Program-made: the position numbers and the translations under genes | The notes under the pieces: generated by a model | What the model saw: only the letters and a program-made list of their open reading frames with translations | Told to the model about the DNA's origin: nothing | Database searches by the model: none | Virus record (IMG/VR): IMGVR_UViG_3300045988_072973 | DNA from: a virus | Direction: 5' to 3' (one strand) | DNA length: 37,115 nucleotides | Shown here: positions 32,762 through 37,115 of the stretch, piece after piece | Layout: each line of letters begins with the position of its first letter | Numbering within the stretch: position 1 is the stretch's first letter

Positions 32762-33205
32762 ATGAATATAAAAAAGTTCGCAAATGATATAGCGAATATA
32801 CATGACACAAGGAATCCGTTCCATATTGCTGCGGAAAATGACATCCATATCTTATATGAAGAGCTCGGGAAGAATTTGGGATATTTCAGTAATTTGTTTC
32901 GCATCAAAACAATACGAATAAATGATCATGCCGATCCGTTTCTCCAGCCGTTCATCTGTGCTCATGAACTCGGCCATGCGCTGCTTCATCCGCATGCCGG
33001 CACCCATGCTTTTAATAGAAATTCTTTTATTGCTAATTGCAAGATTGAAAAAGAAGCGAATCAGTTTGCCGTAGAATTGCTGTTCCCTGATGAATTGATA
33101 GCTTGTCATCCGGAAACGGATATTTATAATCTGGCGCGTACATTCGGTATTCCATATCAATTGGTTTATCTTAAGTCTATTTCTTACGGGGCACGTCATT
33201 TATAA
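32762..33205 (+). CDS. ImmA/IrrE-family zinc metalloprotease
   Basis: HEXXH motif (CAHELGHALLH). Lies immediately downstream of the repressor. Confidence 0.8.
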   Translation: MNIKKFANDIANIHDTRNPFHIAAENDIHILYEELGKNLGYFSNLFRIKTIRINDHADPFLQPFICAHELGHALLHPHAGTHAFNRNSFIANCKIEKEANQFAVELLFPDELIACHPETDIYNLARTFGIPYQLVYLKSISYGARHL

Positions 33206-33217
33206 AGGAGTCGAAAA

Positions 33218-33763
33218 ATGAAAAAAGTAGAATTGTTGATTACACTATTAATTACTATCATGTCTTTATTTACATTTAATATCGCTTATGCATCGGCTCC
33301 AAATGTCGCAGTTTTAATGGCTGGCGCAAGACAATCTACAAAAGATAAAAATGAATTGAAAGAGCTAAAAGCAAGGCAGCAGTTGATTGTGAATGCTATG
33401 CAAGGATCCATGATACCGGAAGAAAAAACAGCGCAGGTCGCTAATGATTATATTTTAGGCAATAAGATTGATATTTCGTTCAGTACAACAGATTTAATTA
33501 ATATCGGAAAACTCCTGAATGCCGACTACATCGTATATAGCCAATTTTATATTGATAAAATAAATGCCCCCGGATTATTTCATACAACAATGAAATTTAA
33601 AGGACAAACCGTATTAACAATTATAGATGTCCACTCCGGAGAATATAAATATAAAATTTCAGAAGATGTAAACAATGGAAAATTGAAAGATGTTTCGCGG
33701 TCTATGTTCATCGTGTATGACAAATCGATAGCAGATATTAAATTAAAAGGTTTAAAATTTTAA
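33218..33763 (+). CDS. Secreted protein, 181 aa (lysogeny-expressed moron candidate)
   Basis: Signal peptide MKKVELLITLLITIMSLFTFNIAYA/SAP. Sits in the repressor operon. Confidence 0.6.
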   Translation: MKKVELLITLLITIMSLFTFNIAYASAPNVAVLMAGARQSTKDKNELKELKARQQLIVNAMQGSMIPEEKTAQVANDYILGNKIDISFSTTDLINIGKLLNADYIVYSQFYIDKINAPGLFHTTMKFKGQTVLTIIDVHSGEYKYKISEDVNNGKLKDVSRSMFIVYDKSIADIKLKGLKF

Positions 33764-33942
33764 AACCGAACCATAATACCACTGGTAACAACGGAAAGAG
33801 GATGTGGTTGCGTGAAACAGTATAAAAGAGGATCCTTGATTTACGATAAGATCCATGACAGCTATCGTGCTTTTGTTATGATCAATAGCACGCTCATTTT
33901 GCGCGCGCAACCATTTTATTATAAATTATCTTTATACCACGC

Positions 33943-33969
33943 AATAAAAAAGAGGGCGGTTTCCCGCCC
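33943..33969 (-). terminator. Intrinsic terminator ending the late operon
   Basis: Minus strand reads GGGCGG-gaaa-CCGCCC-TCTTTTTTATT, just after the stop at 33972. Confidence 0.7.
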
Positions 33970-33971
33970 CG

Positions 33972-34454
33972 TTAATTACTTAATTTATCTACCAGCCAGC
34001 CCGTCGCTACTGCCCCTGCGATGTATGACCAGAGGTTTCTTTGCCGTTTTGCAAGCTTCACGTCATGCGTCAGGTCATCTATTTTCTTCGTCAATCTGTC
34101 TAAAGATATCTGTAGCTTCATCAAGTTCTCTTCGGCTTTCTGCAATGATATCTCTGCACTCCGCAATTGTTTCTGCGTTTCTATCAATTCTTTTCTGCAC
34201 TCTATCAGCTGATTCTGCAGCTCGGTCAACGCTTGAGATGCTTCTGTCGAGTTGCTCTCCAGCAGATTTAATTTGCTCTCCAGCAGATCTAACCGCATCT
34301 GCTGATTGCTTGCTGTACTCTTGAGCTTCTCGTACTGCGTCCTTTGCATCGTTACCGTTTCGGTTGCCACCGGTGCCTGTGCATATGAGATAGACAAGCA
34401 GGGCGCAGACAGCAACGACAACGCAAGCAATAGCGATAATTTTTTTCTTCTCAT
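33972..34454 (-). CDS. Coiled-coil envelope protein with an N-terminal signal peptide (Cys19) and a C-terminal hydrophobic segment. Candidate spanin-like lysis accessory, 160 aa.
   Basis: MRRKKLSLLLALSLLSAPC..., then Leu/Gln/Glu heptads, then ...LWSYIAGAVATGWLVDKLSN. The ATG is 8 nt after GGGGTG. Codon choice (cag, acg, ccg, ctg) matches the capsid gene better than the overlapping frame does. Confidence 0.55.
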   Translation of the reverse strand: MRRKKLSLLLALSLLSAPCLSISYAQAPVATETVTMQRTQYEKLKSTASNQQMRLDLLESKLNLLESNSTEASQALTELQNQLIECRKELIETQKQLRSAEISLQKAEENLMKLQISLDRLTKKIDDLTHDVKLAKRQRNLWSYIAGAVATGWLVDKLSN

Positions 34455-34459
34455 ACATT

Positions 34460-34984
34460 TTACACCCCATTTTCTAAATACCACTGCGCTTTTCCGCGGA
34501 GAATATCTCCGCCGGTCCCGATTTCGTCCTGATCACAGAGCTGCTCTAAATCCCATCGGCAGTCAGAATCCCCGCTGTACAGTCCATAGCCGTCGTCATT
34601 CGCCGCTTCGCCGTGTGTCATAAAATACTCACGATTAATCGGATTGTCGAAAACTTCGGCAATGACAGCAAACATCTTTGCCAGCGTTTCAATCTGCGCT
34701 TCCGTCGGCGGGTACTCGCCTAAGTCATTCGGACGTGCATTGTAGCAGCAGCATAAAGCAATAGCAATACTGCCTGTATTTCTGTGATATGTCGCCCTCG
34801 GTACCTCATCAAGCGGTCTTGTGTAGATGATTTCACCGTCTCCGTCAACGTTAAAATGATAATCGTTAAATGTTGTAAAATACCGCCCAGCCGACCAATG
34901 TCCGTAAGTCGTCGCTGGCCACGGAAACTGATAAAAATAGCTCCGTTTATCAATGAGCTCTTGTTTAAATTCGGCTATTGTCAT
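34460..34984 (-). CDS. Endolysin: single-domain N-acetylmuramoyl-L-alanine amidase (Amidase_2/PGRP-like)
   Basis: GHWSAGRY, HRNTGSIAIALC and MTHGEAAND contexts. 174 aa with no recognisable cell-wall-binding domain. Follows the holin. Confidence 0.75.
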   Translation of the reverse strand: MTIAEFKQELIDKRSYFYQFPWPATTYGHWSAGRYFTTFNDYHFNVDGDGEIIYTRPLDEVPRATYHRNTGSIAIALCCCYNARPNDLGEYPPTEAQIETLAKMFAVIAEVFDNPINREYFMTHGEAANDDGYGLYSGDSDCRWDLEQLCDQDEIGTGGDILRGKAQWYLENGV

Positions 34985-35002
34985 AAATACCTCCTATCTA
35001 AA

Positions 35003-35024
35003 ATAGCCGCTAAATAGCGGCTAT
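35003..35024 (-). promoter_or_regulatory. Hairpin ATAGCCGC-N6-GCGGCTAT between holin and endolysin
   Basis: Read directly. Overlaps the holin stop and is followed by TTTAGATAGGAGG (the endolysin SD). Confidence 0.4.
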
Positions 35025-35662
35025 TTCTTGAGCTTTGCAAATATATTGTTGTCAAGTAATGTTATCAACTTGTCTATGTGATGATTGCCTGCGTCTCTTA
35101 AATTCTCACAAATAGATAAAATTTCGTTGTAACAAATGTACCCGAACATGAATTTAAGCACCGGCCACGAAAGCGGAATCTCAATTGCTGATAAAACCGT
35201 ATCAATCTGCGAAGCAGTAAGAATGAGAATTGTGAAGAGAATAAATTTTGTCAGAAACCCCCACAGCATGATTTTCGATTTTAAGCGTTTTGCGCTGAAC
35301 GCAAGAACAATGCCGTATAGTTTTTCACGTGTCGTCAAGTAGTCGGGATCCATCCCTTTATCTACTAAGTATTGATATCCAATGGCCAGCCAGCGTGTAG
35401 AGATGTCAATAATAATCAACCAAAAATAAGCATTGAGTACCACGCCGTAGGAACTGTTGATGAACGATAGAATATACATCAACACAACACTTACGACCGT
35501 CTTCGATTCCCATTTGTCTAAGAGATTAATGCTTGTTCGGCAGAAATACTCCGCAAAATCAATCAAATCTAAGACAAAAACGCAGGTAACGAATCCGCCC
35601 CACATCACCGGTGGTTTGTTATACTTACGTATTTTCCTTTTCAAGTTTTGAAAAAAAGTCAT
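35021..35662 (-). CDS. Holin (Phage_holin_4_1 / TcdE-like C-terminal signature)
   Basis: Several TM segments. C-terminal YNEILSICENLRDAGN resembles the family's NE.LSI.EN...G motif. Confidence 0.7.
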   Translation of the reverse strand: MTFFQNLKRKIRKYNKPPVMWGGFVTCVFVLDLIDFAEYFCRTSINLLDKWESKTVVSVVLMYILSFINSSYGVVLNAYFWLIIIDISTRWLAIGYQYLVDKGMDPDYLTTREKLYGIVLAFSAKRLKSKIMLWGFLTKFILFTILILTASQIDTVLSAIEIPLSWPVLKFMFGYICYNEILSICENLRDAGNHHIDKLITLLDNNIFAKLKK

Positions 35663-35671
35663 GTTGTCCCC

Positions 35672-36190
35672 TCATTCATTCGTAAAATCAGAAATAAACT
35701 CAAACATACAACTCCCTGTTTTCAGCATGGAGTTCGGATACATTCCGATTTTACCGTCAGCCGTATACATGCGTGATAAATTGACAAAACCGCCAGAGAG
35801 CTCTACATACGCGCCGTATCCTTTTTCTTCTTTCGTCAGCACATCGCAGTACATCATCGGATACGTAAGTAATTCATGCCTTACGAACCTTGACGCCGGA
35901 TATCTATCTAAATATGCAGTAGCAATACCAATTGAACTGTTGTAAAAATTCAGCCATCTAAATTCTGTCGTATTTGTACCCGAATCAATGCATGCACATT
36001 GCACGGTAAACTTTACACGCCGATATCCCTCTTCTGTATAGCCTACAATTTCCGCAACGACGGTACCGATATGCGGCGTCATAAATCCAATATTCCCCAA
36101 AAATTTCTTATTTACGATTCCGGTTGCTCTGGCTTTCATTCTTTTGTCTACTATTCTGAATTTTGCACTTCCGTCTGTTATTTCCCGCAT
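35672..36190 (-). CDS. Hypothetical protein, 172 aa (downstream of the tail fibre)
   Basis: Start moved to ATG 36190 (AAGGAG + 8 nt). Confidence 0.55.
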   Translation of the reverse strand: MREITDGSAKFRIVDKRMKARATGIVNKKFLGNIGFMTPHIGTVVAEIVGYTEEGYRRVKFTVQCACIDSGTNTTEFRWLNFYNSSIGIATAYLDRYPASRFVRHELLTYPMMYCDVLTKEEKGYGAYVELSGGFVNLSRMYTADGKIGMYPNSMLKTGSCMFEFISDFTNE

Positions 36191-36204
36191 TTTGTTTACT
36201 CCTT

Positions 36205-37115
36205 TCAATCGTTTGTTAAATATACTAAACATGCAACAGATTCATGTCCTGGCGATGTAGTATATTCATCCGTATAACTGAGATATAGTTTACCGTCTGT
36301 ATTTATTGTCAATCGTACAGCTTTACCGTTGCTGTTGTTTATAGGGGCATAAAATTCAAGATTTATAAATGATTTTGGTAGCCCCGATGCAATTTCAATG
36401 AGACCTTCTTTTGCACTTTTCATTCGTACAAAAAGATGCACTATGTTTTTTATTTTTACACACGATAAATTTTCGATGTACTGTGAGTCTATAGTCGCAT
36501 TAATTGTTTCCATCTTTCCGTAATTATTGAGTTTTTCATCTACATATTCTTTTGCGGTTACCGTTTTGACCGTCCATTTCACGCTTCCGTCATTAACTTC
36601 TACCCCCCCCGATATAGTTGACAAATTAGGTTCGGTGGCTGCTGTTGTGCCTGCTTGCGTGCACTCAAGATATGCCCATGACGGAAGTTTCGATGAGTAA
36701 ACGATATCGCCGACTTTATATGCTTTCATGCGTTGTAGCCTATTTGTAAATGACGCTGTTTCTTCTAAGGCTGCCTGATTCGCCTTTTTGTCTACTTTTG
36801 TTGATACCGCAGCTAAATCCGATTGATTTGCTTTCTTGCCAATTTGATTAGAGACCGTTGTTGCAAAATTCGGGTCATTACCGAGTGCTGTCGCTAATTC
36901 ATTAAGCGTATCAAGAGTTTCCGGTGCGGCTCCGACAAGTCCGGATACTGCACTTTGTACAAATTCTGTATTCGCAATTGTTTTAGAATTGTCACCTGTC
37001 GGTGCCGTTGGCGCTGCACTCGTACCCGTTACCGCTAATGACTTTGCTTTGACCGTATCAGCATTGACTAAGTTAAGGTCACTCGTACCCGTTACCGCTA
37101 ATGACTTTGCTTTGA
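36205..37115 (-). CDS. Tail fibre protein, C-terminal part (the N-terminus is at 236-1 across the circular junction)
   Basis: The frame is open from the window end. ...AAPETLDTLNELATALGNDPNFATTVSNQIGKKANQSDLAAVSTKVDKKANQ... is typical of phage fibre shafts. The ORF-track M at 36729 is internal. Confidence 0.8.
   Translation of the reverse strand, partial: KAKSLAVTGTSDLNLVNADTVKAKSLAVTGTSAAPTAPTGDNSKTIANTEFVQSAVSGLVGAAPETLDTLNELATALGNDPNFATTVSNQIGKKANQSDLAAVSTKVDKKANQAALEETASFTNRLQRMKAYKVGDIVYSSKLPSWAYLECTQAGTTAATEPNLSTISGGVEVNDGSVKWTVKTVTAKEYVDEKLNNYGKMETINATIDSQYIENLSCVKIKNIVHLFVRMKSAKEGLIEIASGLPKSFINLEFYAPINNSNGKAVRLTINTDGKLYLSYTDEYTTSPGHESVACLVYLTND
37018..37115. repeat. 35-nt perfect direct repeat at 63-nt (21-codon) spacing inside the tail-fibre gene
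   Basis: actcgtacccgttaccgctaatgactttgctttga occurs at 37018-37052 and 37081-37115 (equivalent to 21-55). Both copies encode KAKSLAVTGTS. Confidence 0.85.

Noticed and set aside
33812-34324. 170-aa plus-strand ORF (GTG start) opposite the spanin-like gene
   Set aside because: It is Ser/Leu/Ala-rich off-strand translation of a coiled-coil-coding region with few stops in any frame. It has no SD, and the late-operon terminator points the other way.
34075-34470. 131-aa minus-strand ORF called as an independent gene
   Set aside because: Not annotated as a CDS. Its codon usage (gct, caa, cga) fits the genome less well than the overlapping frame, and its ATG is only 4 nt from the SD-like GGGGTG. 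It is kept as an open question in the findings because of its strong TM helix.
1-37115. tRNA, rRNA, CRISPR arrays, transposases, retron/DGR reverse transcriptases, and toxin-antitoxin protein pairs
   Set aside because: Reading both strands revealed no cloverleaf-like segments, no regularly spaced repeats, and no ORFs with RT, transposase or known toxin motifs. A tRNA or CRISPR scanner would be needed to exclude them formally.

Overview
The window is a complete, circularly closed tailed-phage genome of about 37,060 bp. Bases 1-55 are identical to 37061-37115, and a 363-codon tail-fibre ORF reads in frame across that junction. Almost every gene is on the minus strand. In transcription order (high to low coordinates) they are: (1) a leftward early operon from a Cro-like gene at 32174 down to a late regulator at 20150, carrying small HTH and Zn-ribbon proteins, a LysM protein, an HNH-like protein, an HUH rolling-circle Rep, an SNF2 helicase, a beta-class N4/N6 DNA methyltransferase, a 3D-domain protein, SSB, dUTPase, a C5-cytosine methyltransferase split at a G8 tract, and an MmcB-like nuclease; (2) a leader/regulatory region (20151-19433); (3) an HNH - terS(P27) - terL - portal - protease - HK97 capsid - connector - TP901-like tail tube - G/GT chaperone - tape measure block; (4) a GTA/lambda-like tail tip (DUF2460-like, DUF2163-like, NlpC/P60, J-like host-specificity protein), tail fibre, holin, single-domain amidase and a spanin-like ORF. 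Four protein genes are on the plus strand: the CI-like repressor, an ImmA-type metalloprotease and a secreted protein (32292-33763), plus one small gene at 31506-31718. No tRNA, rRNA, CRISPR array or recombinase/integrase ORF is visible. Points worth follow-up: (a) an immunity switch with three 17-bp palindromic operators but no integrase anywhere in the closed genome; (b) a perfect-consensus plus-strand promoter plus intrinsic terminator that would make a ~55-nt RNA antisense to the leader of the HUH Rep gene, with an attenuator-like hairpin and a CTTGATAT nick-site-like core just upstream of rep (plasmid-like countertranscript control); (c) a second perfect-consensus promoter after the late regulator, driving a mini-ORF coupled to a 25-aa hydrophobic peptide, repeat hairpins, an opposing orphan terminator and a downstream terminator (type I toxin-antitoxin-like or lambda Q/PR'-like late control); (d) G8 homopolymers in the split dcm gene and in the tail-fibre gene; (e) a possible spanin downstream of the endolysin, in a region where two frames both look protein-like. 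All functional calls come from motif recognition by eye. No database search was run.
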